Shown here: one piece after another, positions 20,060-30,645 of the stretch
How the letters are laid out: each line of letters opens with the position of its first letter
How positions within the stretch are numbered: the first letter of the stretch is position 1
Notes under the pieces: model-generated
Told to the model about the DNA's origin: nothing
The model's database searches: none
Seen by the model: the letters and a program-made list of their open reading frames with translations, nothing else
Made by a program: the position numbers and the translations under genes
NCBI GenBank assembly: GCA_965262715.1
Contig: OZ253553.1
Coordinates: 2,240,001-2,304,000, forward strand
Direction of reading: 5' to 3'
Source: Bdellovibrionales bacterium
Lineage (GTDB): Bacteria > Bdellovibrionota > Bdellovibrionia > Bdellovibrionales > JAUICD01
DNA: 64,000 bases

Positions 20060-20516
20060 GATGCATATATGAGCAGAAAGGTTAACTGAGAACTATAGAG
20101 AGAAACTGCCAAGATTTGCTGTAAAACAAGATCGGTATTTTACAGCAAATTAAAATTAAAACGTCAAGTACATGCCTTTCCTTTAAAAAGGAGAGGCGCT
20201 TCCAGTATTCCATATTCATTCAAATCATATACAAGTCTTAATTTTTCTATCTCATAAACCATTGTATCATAAAGACCTAATTACTCTGTATATTTCCAGT
20301 AATTAAGATTAAAAGTAGAAGAATTCACAAGATAATCATAAAATTGCCAATAAACCACTGCTATGTTAAAATTAAAGAATTAAAAGAAACAATAACAATA
20401 TAGTGTAAAGAATTATGTGGGAAAATCATAAACAAATCCAGCCTAGTTGTCAAAAACAAATTGCTAGAATACCAAACTGCCTGTCTGTCAGAAAATAAAC
20501 TTATGGAATATAACTT

Positions 20517-21665
20517 ATGCCCTCTAAAATAAATAAACCCCTTACTAAAAAAATAAATGATTGGGTATCGCACAAATTCATCACAAAAAAACAAGCAGAA
20601 AAGATTATAAATTATGAAACCAGAAACTCCGGCCGTTCTTGGGTGCTTTATGGATTCTCATTATTAGGCTTTACCACTATAGCAATAGGGATTATTTCTC
20701 TTATTGCTGCTAATTGGCAACTCATTCCTGGCGATATTAAATTATTGATCAACTTCTTATTCTTAATACTAACAGCTTTATGGGTTTATTATTCTTGGAA
20801 AAACACAAAGTTCATTATGTTTGAAGTGAGCCTAGTCTTTTTTATGCTCCTATGTTTAGCTTCTATAGGCTTAATTTCCCAGGTTTACCATACAGGCGGA
20901 CAGTTATATGAAGCCCTGCTTTTATGGGCAGCTATTACATTTGGGTTAGCTTTAGTTTCTCAAAAAACATTTCCACCTTCTATTTGGTCTGCAGGCTTTT
21001 TTTTAAGCTTAAGTATTGCCATATTTCAGTCACCTATTTTACAACCTATCTTTCAAGATCGCATAGCTCCTATATTTATGACTTTTCCATTATTTTCTGC
21101 CTTTTTAGCAATGATTTGTAAAAAATTCAACTTGGAACCACAAACAAAAGCTTTAAACATCTGGATCATCATTATTGGGATATCTGGCCTAGTAACTTCA
21201 GAATTTTATCATTCTGTTGAGACCACTTATATTTACTCAGAGGATATGCCTGCATTTGCTATAGGTTATGTTTTAGTTGTTTTATCAGCACTATTTGTTC
21301 TTATGGATATTGAATACAAGAAGTTACAAAAAAATATATTATTACTTACATTGATATCCTATCTTGTCCCTTTTCATTTTGGGTTTTTTGATATTGAATC
21401 ACAAATAGTTTATGCCTTTTCTTCCATAATTATATTAACAATGTTTGCAACATTTTTAGCCAGCCTACAAAAGCGTAGGTTGTTTCAATTTTTCTTAATC
21501 TTAATTGGTCTTAGATTTTTTATATTATACTGTCAAGAACTTGGAGGAATGATGACTACTGGTTTTATTCTAATCACTTCTGGCATTCTTATCATTGCTA
21601 TGGTCCTAGGCTGGAATAAATACCATCATAGGTTCACACTGTGGACAGAAAGGCTTGTAAGATGA
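20517..21665 (+). CDS. DUF2157-type membrane protein
   Basis: WVSHKFITKKQAEKI, GIISLIAANW, IGLISQVYH. Confidence 0.85.
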   Translation: MPSKINKPLTKKINDWVSHKFITKKQAEKIINYETRNSGRSWVLYGFSLLGFTTIAIGIISLIAANWQLIPGDIKLLINFLFLILTALWVYYSWKNTKFIMFEVSLVFFMLLCLASIGLISQVYHTGGQLYEALLLWAAITFGLALVSQKTFPPSIWSAGFFLSLSIAIFQSPILQPIFQDRIAPIFMTFPLFSAFLAMICKKFNLEPQTKALNIWIIIIGISGLVTSEFYHSVETTYIYSEDMPAFAIGYVLVVLSALFVLMDIEYKKLQKNILLLTLISYLVPFHFGFFDIESQIVYAFSSIIILTMFATFLASLQKRRLFQFFLILIGLRFFILYCQELGGMMTTGFILITSGILIIAMVLGWNKYHHRFTLWTERLVR

Positions 21666-22144
21666 TCAAATCCAAGACAGTTATTCTAATAGCACTCATT
21701 ATCCCTATTGTAGCCCTTCTATCATTAACTATTTATAAAAAATACACCTTTTTAAAAGGACGTCAGATCACTCTATCTATCAGGGCTTATGACCCAAGAG
21801 ATCTGCTATCAGGATATTATTTAAATTATACTATAAAATATGATGTTGAGGAAGTTTGTCACAATAAAAGATATCGAGAAAATAAGCATGCTTATATTTG
21901 TCTTAACCCAAAAAAATTTAGTTATACTAAACCCTATAATTGTGACTTATTCATAAAAGGAGTTTGTAATAAACTAGACTTTAAAGCAGGAATAGAAAGA
22001 TATTATGTTCCTAAACAGCAAGCAAAGCGACTTGAAAAACTGCTCAGATCTAATAAAGCTAGTATTGTTTTATCAGTTCCAAAAAATGGAGATGCTCAAG
22101 TAAAAGACCTATTGATCAATGGTAAGTCATGGAAAGACCAATAA
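21662..22144 (+). CDS. GDYXXLXY-family membrane-anchored protein
   Basis: YDPRDLLSGYY and GIERYYVP; usual partner of DUF2157; ATGA overlap. Confidence 0.85.
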   Translation: MIKSKTVILIALIIPIVALLSLTIYKKYTFLKGRQITLSIRAYDPRDLLSGYYLNYTIKYDVEEVCHNKRYRENKHAYICLNPKKFSYTKPYNCDLFIKGVCNKLDFKAGIERYYVPKQQAKRLEKLLRSNKASIVLSVPKNGDAQVKDLLINGKSWKDQ

Positions 22145-22160
22145 CGCTCCATACTATCAA

Positions 22161-23861
22161 TCACATCTCCGAAGGAGTAGGCACTCCTAAAATTGAAAGG
22201 CTCTGACTTAAGATGTTTTCTACACAATAAACTAATGTCATACGTGTATCTTCCATATCTTTATCATTTTCTCCTAGGATTCTGTGATTATTATAAAAAG
22301 TGTTAAACTCCTGACACAATTTTAAAACATATTGAGCAAGAATGTGTGGTTTAAAAGTCCTCCATGCTGTTTGTAAAATCTCTGAGAAGTACATCAAAGT
22401 TACTAATAGCTGCATCTCCTCTTGTGTTTCAATATCTTTTTTAAAACAAGTACAAACATCTTTCTTATATTTTTTTAAAAGACTGCGACAACGGACTAAA
22501 CAATACTGAGCATAAGGCCCACTATCACCATTAAAATCAAGTACCTTAGACCAATCAAAATCAATATTTCTTATGCGGTCATGCAGCAAATCATTAAATA
22601 TGATGGCACCTACACCTACCTGTTTTGCAACCTCTTCCTTATCTTGTAAAACAGATTTCTTTTCTTCTATAATTTTATAAGTTCGTCCAACTGCTTCTTT
22701 TAAAACATCTGCCATAAATATGACATTACCTTTTCGTGTCGACATTTTACCATCTTTGAATCTATACAAACCAAAAGCAATATGATGACAATCTTTTGCC
22801 CAACTTAAGCGCATTTTATCCAAAACACCAAAAATTTGTTTAAAGTGCAATGACTGTTCTGAGCCTACAACATATAAAAGTTCATCAGCTTTAATCACCT
22901 CATGACGATAAAGAGCGCTGGCAATATCTCTAGTTGCATAGAGTGAAGAGCCATCTGATTTTTTAATTAAACAAGGAGGTCCATCTTCCAAAAAAACAAC
23001 AAAGGCTCCCTCGCTTTCTTTTAAACATCCTGCATCTTGAATTCTTTTTACAACCTTATCCAAGCTATCTTTGTAGAAAGATTCTCCTTGAACAACATCA
23101 AAGCTTACACCTAGAAGATCATATAATTTTTTATGTTCTTTAAGAGTTATAGAAATAAAACGTTGCCATAATTTGGTTATATCCGGATCTCCAGCCTCTA
23201 ATTTTCTAAAATACTCTGCACCTTTTTCTTTCAATTCAGGTTTATCTTCCATCTCATCATGGAAGCGTACATATAACTGATAAAGAGCTTGCAGTGGCTG
23301 CGTTTCAAAGTCATATTCCTCACTCCATTTCTGATAAGCATAAGCTAAATGACCAAACTGAACACCCCAATCTCCTAAATGATTCCATCTTACAACTTCA
23401 AATCCTTGTGTCTTTGCTAAATGACATAGGCAATGACCAATAACAGTTGCCCTAAGATGGCCTATGCCTAAAGGTTTTGCGACATTAGGAGAAGAATATT
23501 CAATAATGATTTTTTTTGAAGTCTTTTTTTTATGGAGTTGCTTTGAAAAAACAAAATCACATAAAAGCTTTTCAAGATAAAGACTTGAGAATTTAAAATT
23601 AACAAACCCACTAATAGCCTCTACAGAGGTAATTCCATTGATATTCTTTTGAAGAACTTCTTTTGATATTTGAGTTGCTAATTGATGTGGATTTTGACGC
23701 AACTCTTTTGATAAAGAAAAAACAGGCAGAGCTAGATGACCGTGAGAAAAAGTCTTAGGTAATGTTAATGCTCTGGAGATATCTTCTACACTTTGCCAAG
23801 ATGTGTTTTCAAATAAAGAAAGTAAGTTCTGTGATAATTCTTTTTTGATAGCAGTTAACAT
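22161..23861 (-). CDS. argS: Arginine--tRNA ligase
   Basis: IEYSSPNVAKPLGIGHLR, NHLGDWG, KMSTRKG, GPYAQY. Confidence 0.97.
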   Translation of the reverse strand: MLTAIKKELSQNLLSLFENTSWQSVEDISRALTLPKTFSHGHLALPVFSLSKELRQNPHQLATQISKEVLQKNINGITSVEAISGFVNFKFSSLYLEKLLCDFVFSKQLHKKKTSKKIIIEYSSPNVAKPLGIGHLRATVIGHCLCHLAKTQGFEVVRWNHLGDWGVQFGHLAYAYQKWSEEYDFETQPLQALYQLYVRFHDEMEDKPELKEKGAEYFRKLEAGDPDITKLWQRFISITLKEHKKLYDLLGVSFDVVQGESFYKDSLDKVVKRIQDAGCLKESEGAFVVFLEDGPPCLIKKSDGSSLYATRDIASALYRHEVIKADELLYVVGSEQSLHFKQIFGVLDKMRLSWAKDCHHIAFGLYRFKDGKMSTRKGNVIFMADVLKEAVGRTYKIIEEKKSVLQDKEEVAKQVGVGAIIFNDLLHDRIRNIDFDWSKVLDFNGDSGPYAQYCLVRCRSLLKKYKKDVCTCFKKDIETQEEMQLLVTLMYFSEILQTAWRTFKPHILAQYVLKLCQEFNTFYNNHRILGENDKDMEDTRMTLVYCVENILSQSLSILGVPTPSEM

Positions 23862-23882
23862 CTTTGTCCAAAAATGTTGTTT

Positions 23883-25445
23883 TTAAAATCTATTATTGCT
23901 TTTCATTTTCTCCAAGAAAACAGCAACTTGAGGCGATAAGAGATCAAATCCTTCTATATGGCTTTCTTTTATAGATTTATCCATTTGTTCACCCATAACT
24001 TTTAATTCTTGTTCTATAATTTGAAGCTCTCTTGTCAATTCTAAATCAAGCTCTTCCTTAACATATCCTAATGCAGACGATTGTAATTGATTAAAGGAGG
24101 TTTCCCATGAGGAATAAAAACTTCTCCACTCTGTTACATCTTTATTATATCGATCATATCCCTTTTCTAGCTGCCTAACCTGACCATAAAGAGTTTCCAC
24201 ACTTTTTGGAACAGGTTGTTTTTGCTTAGCAATAACATTTACGATTTTTCTTCTTTTAATTGTTTCAAGCTTTTGTTTTTCTTGTTGCCTAATTTGATGA
24301 AATTCTGACAACTTATAAGTAAATGTTTCTTTATCTTTCCCAACAAAAAATTTGCGACTGAAAAACTTATCTTCATCTATTTGTCCTAAAAAAGTATAAT
24401 ACCCTTCTACCAACTCCAAATGATCTAATCGCAGTATAGCACGCCCATCTTTATCTAAAACAAGCTTAATATGATGTTCAAATTTATTGGCTGTTAATGT
24501 TTGCTGTCTATCATTCTTTATTTTTAGCAGTACTTTTGATTTAGCGTACTGCTCAATCCAAAAATGCAACTCTAATCCATTATGCAAAACTTTATATTGT
24601 AAAGGTATATTCTTTTTATGTAACTTTTCATTCATATAAGAAGGCAGTAATAAATAACCTATAACACATAAAGACACAAAAAATATACCTATTATATAAA
24701 GCCCTTTACTCAAATAACTACGATTTTGATTTTTTGACCCAGTTAAAGAAGATAAAAGATGACTTGAAAACTTTTCTTCTTGGATAGATTGATGTGATAA
24801 GCTTTTTGAACGTATCACATCACTATCTTTGTTTTGACCAAATTTTAAATTTCCAAACTGCTTTGTCAAGCTAGGCCCTTGAGCTTCATCTACTTTCTTC
24901 CCTGTCTCTATCAAAGAAGATATAAGAGATGATGAAGGCTTTGCTCTCATTACAGATTGATATAATTCTACATCTGAAACTTCTCCTAAGTTAAAAGATT
25001 TTGTATTTGAAGCTTTTTCTGCATTTTCAGTTGCTATTTGCTTATTAAATATAGGTAAATTTCTAATACATTTCCAATCTTTCATTCCATGTGTCCAAAT
25101 CCAATGAGAATAAAATATTTCCCCCTTATGAAGGGCTTGTAGCACTTCTTTTGTAGAGTAACAAAGGTATTGATAATTAGAAAGACTTTTGTTTTTAGAA
25201 TTATCCTCTATATTTTCTTGCTTTAAAACCACCCAATCTTTTTTAGGCATATTTTGCACTTTATTGCTTTTTGAAATTGCTTTTTGAAATTGCCATCTGT
25301 CTATAACACAAGTCCATCTCTTTTCTCCAGAACAATAAATAAGATCATCAGTATCAATTTCTTTCTGCTCAATCATTTTTTCCATCTCTAATAACGAAAA
25401 TGGCCCTTTCACTTGACCTAAAATGCAGTGGTACCAATTTTTCAT
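23883..25445 (-). CDS. Tandem GYF_2 (DUF4339) domain membrane protein
   Basis: WYH...GPFS..EM and WIWTHGMKDW repeats, one TM; RBS GAGG before the ATG at 25445. Confidence 0.7.
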   Translation of the reverse strand: MKNWYHCILGQVKGPFSLLEMEKMIEQKEIDTDDLIYCSGEKRWTCVIDRWQFQKAISKSNKVQNMPKKDWVVLKQENIEDNSKNKSLSNYQYLCYSTKEVLQALHKGEIFYSHWIWTHGMKDWKCIRNLPIFNKQIATENAEKASNTKSFNLGEVSDVELYQSVMRAKPSSSLISSLIETGKKVDEAQGPSLTKQFGNLKFGQNKDSDVIRSKSLSHQSIQEEKFSSHLLSSLTGSKNQNRSYLSKGLYIIGIFFVSLCVIGYLLLPSYMNEKLHKKNIPLQYKVLHNGLELHFWIEQYAKSKVLLKIKNDRQQTLTANKFEHHIKLVLDKDGRAILRLDHLELVEGYYTFLGQIDEDKFFSRKFFVGKDKETFTYKLSEFHQIRQQEKQKLETIKRRKIVNVIAKQKQPVPKSVETLYGQVRQLEKGYDRYNKDVTEWRSFYSSWETSFNQLQSSALGYVKEELDLELTRELQIIEQELKVMGEQMDKSIKESHIEGFDLLSPQVAVFLEKMKSNNRF

Positions 25446-25689
25446 CCTTACCTCTTTTTTATTGACAAAACAGGGGCTATTTAAGTTATTTTTATAATGT
25501 AACCCTTTAATTTTTAAGCTTTTTTTTAATAAACACAATAGGAATTACAAACTGAGCTACTCTTTAGTCCTAAAGTCTAAAAATAACATCCTAAGTTTTA
25601 TACAATCATAAGATTAAAATGATAAAAGATAAAAATGAGTATTGATAAAAATCAACAAATGTCTTATTACCAATTAAATAAGGTGAAAT

Positions 25690-26844
25690 ATGTTTAAAGT
25701 ATTCTTAGGGTCACAACTGGTTGCCATTGGTAATATGATTTACCTGTCTTACATACACTATAATCTCAAATTTGGGATAGGTGAAAAAAGCCTTTGTAAT
25801 ATCAATGATACATTTAATTGTGACATTGTAAATCTAAGCACTTATGCCACTCTATTAGGGCAACCCATAAGTCTTTGGGGGGTTTTTGCTAACTTAACTC
25901 TTTTGTTTTTAGGTGTGTCAGCATACATTGAGGAGAAAGAAAGTAAAAAATACTTTACGACACTTCTTAGCACTTTATTTGCAGCTGGTATTGCTGCAGC
26001 TTCTGTCATTTTTGCAACAATTTCCTTCTTTGTATTAGAAACCTATTGCCTATTTTGTATATTTGCTTATATTTTATCTTTTATTTCTTTAGCTTCTTTA
26101 ATAATCTGGCGAACATTACATTCCAAACAAAATAAACCAAATCTTATAACAGAAATTATTGATTTTAAAAAATATTCTCATCTCTTCTTACCCATTTTCC
26201 TAATAATTCCAATAACTTTAATAACTCATAGCATTGTAAAAACAAATATGGCTGGTCAATATCTAAAACAATTAGATTCTTTATTTGATGAGTGGATGGA
26301 CAGTCCAATTATAGAATTTCAAACTGACGAAGCTTTAATACACACTACAACCCAAGAGTCTAAAATGACAATCCTTGAATTTGCAGACTTTCAATGTCCT
26401 GCTTGCCAAAGAGCTTCTGGGGTACTCCATAACTTCATGAAATCCAGAGATGACGTTAGATTCGTTTTCATGTTTTTTCCCTTAGATAATGCTTGTAATG
26501 AATCTGCACTTAGAGCTGGAAATGGTCGTTCTTGCTGGCTGGCTTCTGCCACTTATTGCGCCAACAAACAAAATAAGGGCTGGCTAATGCATGATTGGAT
26601 TTTTGAAGTATTTAGTGAGATAAAAAGAAGCGATCTAGACAAAGTTGCAAACGATATAGGCTTAGATCATCAGCAGTTTACTAAGTGTTTAGATGATAGT
26701 AACACTTTAGAAATTATTAAGTCACAAGCTCGACAAGGAGAAAAAGCAAATATTAGAGGTACTCCGAGCATATTCATTAACGGCAAATACCTTCCATCTG
26801 CCCCATCTTGGATGATGTTAGAAAGAATTTACAACTCTCTCTAA
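25690..26844 (+). CDS. VKOR-DsbA/thioredoxin fusion
   Basis: CNINDTFNC, YCLFC, DFQCPAC, GTPS. Confidence 0.9.
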   Translation: MFKVFLGSQLVAIGNMIYLSYIHYNLKFGIGEKSLCNINDTFNCDIVNLSTYATLLGQPISLWGVFANLTLLFLGVSAYIEEKESKKYFTTLLSTLFAAGIAAASVIFATISFFVLETYCLFCIFAYILSFISLASLIIWRTLHSKQNKPNLITEIIDFKKYSHLFLPIFLIIPITLITHSIVKTNMAGQYLKQLDSLFDEWMDSPIIEFQTDEALIHTTTQESKMTILEFADFQCPACQRASGVLHNFMKSRDDVRFVFMFFPLDNACNESALRAGNGRSCWLASATYCANKQNKGWLMHDWIFEVFSEIKRSDLDKVANDIGLDHQQFTKCLDDSNTLEIIKSQARQGEKANIRGTPSIFINGKYLPSAPSWMMLERIYNSL

Positions 26845-26855
26845 CAGTTGTTGTC

Positions 26856-27362
26856 CTAAGAAGACTTCATTTGACAAGGTAATACTTCTAATCGAGTTAC
26901 TGAACCTGTATAGGATTTGTTATGAGGAGCAAGCCTCTCTTTTTCTTCATCATCAAGCTTCACAGTTCTATGAGCATCTGAAAGGGCAACAATAGGAGTT
27001 TTTAAAGACCTATCCGTACTTTCCATCTGATTAAAAGCTCCTTCAAAATTAAAGGTTTTACATATAAAATTACGCTCTTCATAGTCATCTTGAACATAAT
27101 AACGATTTTCTTCTTCATCAATAACTTGAATCCCATGTAATAAAGTGATGTTTTTTTCTTTATTATGTTCCATTCTTTGAACAACAATTATTTTCTCATC
27201 ATTAGGAAACTCAAGCTCTATTTGAATACTTCTAGATAGAGAAGATGGAAGATTACCATAAGTTAAAGGGATCGCAAACAACTGATCAAGATTTGAAAAG
27301 CCAATAATAACGCCTAAAATAAATAATAAGGCATGTAAAGCAAACAATTTTATTTTTTTCAT
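26856..27362 (-). CDS. Hypothetical exported protein
   Basis: RBS AAGGAG, hydrophobic N-terminus. Confidence 0.7.
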   Translation of the reverse strand: MKKIKLFALHALLFILGVIIGFSNLDQLFAIPLTYGNLPSSLSRSIQIELEFPNDEKIIVVQRMEHNKEKNITLLHGIQVIDEEENRYYVQDDYEERNFICKTFNFEGAFNQMESTDRSLKTPIVALSDAHRTVKLDDEEKERLAPHNKSYTGSVTRLEVLPCQMKSS

Positions 27363-27390
27363 TTAAAACTCCTTCTATATATACTTATTA

Positions 27391-27406
27391 AGCAAAATAC
27401 ATACCA
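27391..27406 (-). promoter_or_regulatory. Sigma54 -24/-12 promoter
   Basis: Minus strand TGGTAT-gtatt-TTGCT, about 30 bp upstream of the ATG. Confidence 0.65.
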
Positions 27407-27491
27407 ATTTGATACAGATTAAAAGGGCACTTAAATGTATTTAAGAGTTAATATAAGAGACAAAAATAGGGTTTTTACCAAAAAAAGTCAC

Positions 27492-28287
27492 TCTTTCCCT
27501 AAAAATAAACCAGCCTCTGGCTGTTTTTGGGCAGTCAGCCTGAAGATTTACATCTTCAAGAAAATGCTGACTGCCTCAAAAACCTGTTTATTTTTAGGAG
27601 GGAGACTCCCCTCGTTCTTTAACACGATGTTAAGGAAATCGCTGACTACTTTATCCCTAGTTCCTCTTACTATCTCTTCCTCCCCTTACAAATTACATTA
27701 AATCTTTTCATAGCAACTTAAGATTTTTCCTTGTTTTTTCTAAAAAAACAACACGCCCCTTAACTCTGGCTGTTTTTGGACAGTTAGCCTGAAGGCTCAC
27801 GCTACGGGATATATCATCTTCAAGAAAATGCTGACTGCCTCAAAAACCTGTTTATTTTTAGGAGGGAGACTCCTCTCGTTCTTTAACACGATATTAAGGA
27901 AATCGCTGACTACTTTATCCCTAGTTCCTCTTACTATCTCTTCCTCCCCTTACAAATCACACCAAATCTTTAGCAAGATAAGACTGGATATTTATGGCAA
28001 AAAGACAAGTTCTTCCGCAGATGGGATCGCTAAAAAGCGATCCCATCGAGGACTACTTGGCTTTGCCATAAATATCCAGTCATTGCCCCAAAGATTTTTT
28101 CCTTGTTTTTCTAAAAAACAATACACCTCTTGCCTCTGGCTGTTTTTGGGCAGTCAGCCTGAAGGCTCACGCTACGGAATATATCTCCTTCAAGGAAATG
28201 CTAACTGCCTCAAAAAGCTGTTCATTTTTAGGAGGGAGATTCTCTTCATTTTTTGACAAGATGTTAAGGAAATCGTTTACTACTTTA
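27492..28287 (-). repeat. Head-to-tail array of three R1 units
   Basis: CTCTGGCTGTTTTTGG recurs at 27515, 27764 and 28134 (spacings 249 and 370 bp). Confidence 0.9.
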
Positions 28288-28344
28288 GCAATCTGTCATA
28301 CATGTTGGTGCTTCCGGTAATTTTAACGGAACTATCGACACTTG

Positions 28345-29472
28345 TTAAAACGTCTTATTATTAAGGCTTTCTAAATCTATAGGGTTTACTGGAAGAGGTT
28401 CAATATTTAATAAAACATCCAAGAAAACAGCAAATCCTTTTCCAACAACCAACTCTTCAAAATATGATGTCTCTGTGGTTAAGTTCTTTCTGGTTTCTAA
28501 GTCCACTATTATTTCATCACTTATGCTCTCGTTACTTAAATCCTGATCAAGTTCTAATCCTGCTTGTTTTAAAGCTTGATTGGTAGAATAAGAATGAAAG
28601 CGAGAGTAAAAATAAAAGGCTGCTATAACTTGCGTCTCATCTCTATTTTCTCCAGAATTTAAATTTAATTGAGAAATGAGTGCGCCATTATTATTGCCAT
28701 AATATAATTGCTGAACTGTAGAAAAATCTAAGTCTACTTTCTGATCTACGATACCTCTATTACCTTCATTCGTTTCTATCTCAATAATTGAGAGGGCATG
28801 AGCTAATAGGTGTGCTTGAACATTTTCTTCAACTCCTGAGTCAATATTAACAACATATCTATCACCTTCTTCTGCTATATCTATATCTAAATCTAAATGA
28901 TTTACAAAAACAGATAACTCAGAGTCTTCTGTTATATCGAATTCTTGCAAAGAAACTTGAATATTCTCTTGATTGTCGTTGTAAAACGCTCTTATCTGCC
29001 TACCTCTATCTGGTGATGTCTTTGCTATCTGATTAATAAGACTATTCACCGTAGTTGTGCTTTGTATTTTATTTTGAAATCTCCTAAGTCCACAAGATAT
29101 TATATCAATGCTAGGATTTGAATCTAAAGATTCTCCAACATAAATATTAAGCTCAATAGTATCATCTTCACCAGAAATAACAGACTGATCATTTTCTCTA
29201 CAATCAGAAGAAACGTATTCTGTATTGTTAGGAAGGTCATTGGGAAATTGTTGCCTATGAATGTGAATCTTGTCTGAATATTGGTTTAAAAAATCTTGTA
29301 ACTCTGGACTTAAAGAGTTGCGATCATTCTCACTTATATTCCTTCGAACACCGATATCTGCTTTATCAATGACAGCGCCTTGATTTGAAAAACAAGCGAC
29401 TAAACTCAATGAAAAGCTTAGGCTCGCTACACTCATACTCTTTATGATACTTTTTCTACTTACAATAACCAT
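28345..29472 (-). CDS. Hypothetical lipoprotein
   Basis: Lipobox LVAC; acidic 375-aa ORF. Confidence 0.7.
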   Translation of the reverse strand: MVIVSRKSIIKSMSVASLSFSLSLVACFSNQGAVIDKADIGVRRNISENDRNSLSPELQDFLNQYSDKIHIHRQQFPNDLPNNTEYVSSDCRENDQSVISGEDDTIELNIYVGESLDSNPSIDIISCGLRRFQNKIQSTTTVNSLINQIAKTSPDRGRQIRAFYNDNQENIQVSLQEFDITEDSELSVFVNHLDLDIDIAEEGDRYVVNIDSGVEENVQAHLLAHALSIIEIETNEGNRGIVDQKVDLDFSTVQQLYYGNNNGALISQLNLNSGENRDETQVIAAFYFYSRFHSYSTNQALKQAGLELDQDLSNESISDEIIVDLETRKNLTTETSYFEELVVGKGFAVFLDVLLNIEPLPVNPIDLESLNNKTF

Positions 29473-29712
29473 TTTATCAAAATCCTTTAAAATAAATTTT
29501 ATATTAATATTAGAGTAATATGTTCAAAAGTTGGGCCAAATCAGAAATCAATGTAACCTTCTCATTTTCTTCAGTTTTATACTTCTAGACCTGTGTTTAT
29601 ACGACAAAAATTGTTATCCTAAAACAAAAAGTGTCTCTTTTTCATTTACAAGTTTGAAGAATTATGGAAGTTATAGACTAAATATCCAATCAACAATCAA
29701 CAGTTTTATATT

Positions 29713-30573
29713 ATGTCACAAGAAAAGCAAAATCCACTTAAAAGAGCTCTAAAAAATATTTTCTCTATAGATTTTTACAAACACAAAAGATCAAAGAAAA
29801 GTGTTCGTCTTTATGATGAAATCCTCATTGTATTTATTGTATTGAGTATTGTGATTGTTTTTTTAGATAGCACTCAGTCTATACATGTCAGATTTAAAAC
29901 TTTTTTCACAATTTGTGAATGGTTTTTTGTCATTGTTTTTACTATAGAGTATATTTTGAGAGTTTATTTCGCTAAAGATAAAAGAAAGTATATTTTTAGT
30001 TTTTATGGTATTATTGATTTTATCGCCGTCTTTCCGTCTTACTTTAGCTTATTTCTTGCCGGAACAACATCTCTCCTTGTCATTCGATCTTTTAGATTGT
30101 TGCGAGTTTTTCGTATACTTAAACTATTAAAGTATTTAGAAGCTGTTAAAGTCTTGATCTTTGTTCTAAAAGAAAGTCGTCATAAAGTCATTGTTTTTTT
30201 AGCCGCTGTAGCCGTCTTTGTAATACTTATGGGCTCTGTGATGTTTTTTATAGAAGGTGAAGAAAATGGATTTACCAGTATCCCAAGTTCTATTTATTGG
30301 TCTATTGTAACAATTACTACTGTAGGTTATGGTGATATCACACCTAAAACCATACTAGGCCAGATGGTGGCTAGCGTATTAATGATTGTTAGTTATGGAG
30401 TCATTGCTATACCTACAGGGATCATCTCTTCCACATTTACAAAATATCAAGCCTCAAAGCTTATATGCCCTGGATGCCAAGCTTCCTTTCATGATGGTGA
30501 TGCTAAACACTGTAAGCTTTGTGGCACAGGTCTTAGGCCGGCTATTATCGCAAAACCACATAAACCTACTTAA
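29713..30573 (+). CDS. Voltage-gated potassium channel (ion transporter)
   Basis: S4 RSFRLLRVFRILK, filter TVGYGD, C-terminal CxxC pairs. Confidence 0.92.
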   Translation: MSQEKQNPLKRALKNIFSIDFYKHKRSKKSVRLYDEILIVFIVLSIVIVFLDSTQSIHVRFKTFFTICEWFFVIVFTIEYILRVYFAKDKRKYIFSFYGIIDFIAVFPSYFSLFLAGTTSLLVIRSFRLLRVFRILKLLKYLEAVKVLIFVLKESRHKVIVFLAAVAVFVILMGSVMFFIEGEENGFTSIPSSIYWSIVTITTVGYGDITPKTILGQMVASVLMIVSYGVIAIPTGIISSTFTKYQASKLICPGCQASFHDGDAKHCKLCGTGLRPAIIAKPHKPT

Positions 30574-30645
30574 AACACAACAACTCCAAACAATCTCTTG
30601 AGAGGTCCTTGACCTCACACGAGCTTATCTTTATATTGCTCAACA

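Noticed and set aside
27540..27565. Hammerhead ribozyme core (CTGAAGA...GAAA)
   Set aside because: No proper stem II between the motifs; the bases belong to the GNRA hairpin on the other strand
27435..28256. Two similar ORFs (88 and 142 aa)
   Set aside because: Similarity comes from tandem R1 units; frames are not conserved across copies
27492..28287. CRISPR array
   Set aside because: Units are 249-370 bp with no unique spacers, and there are no cas genes in the window
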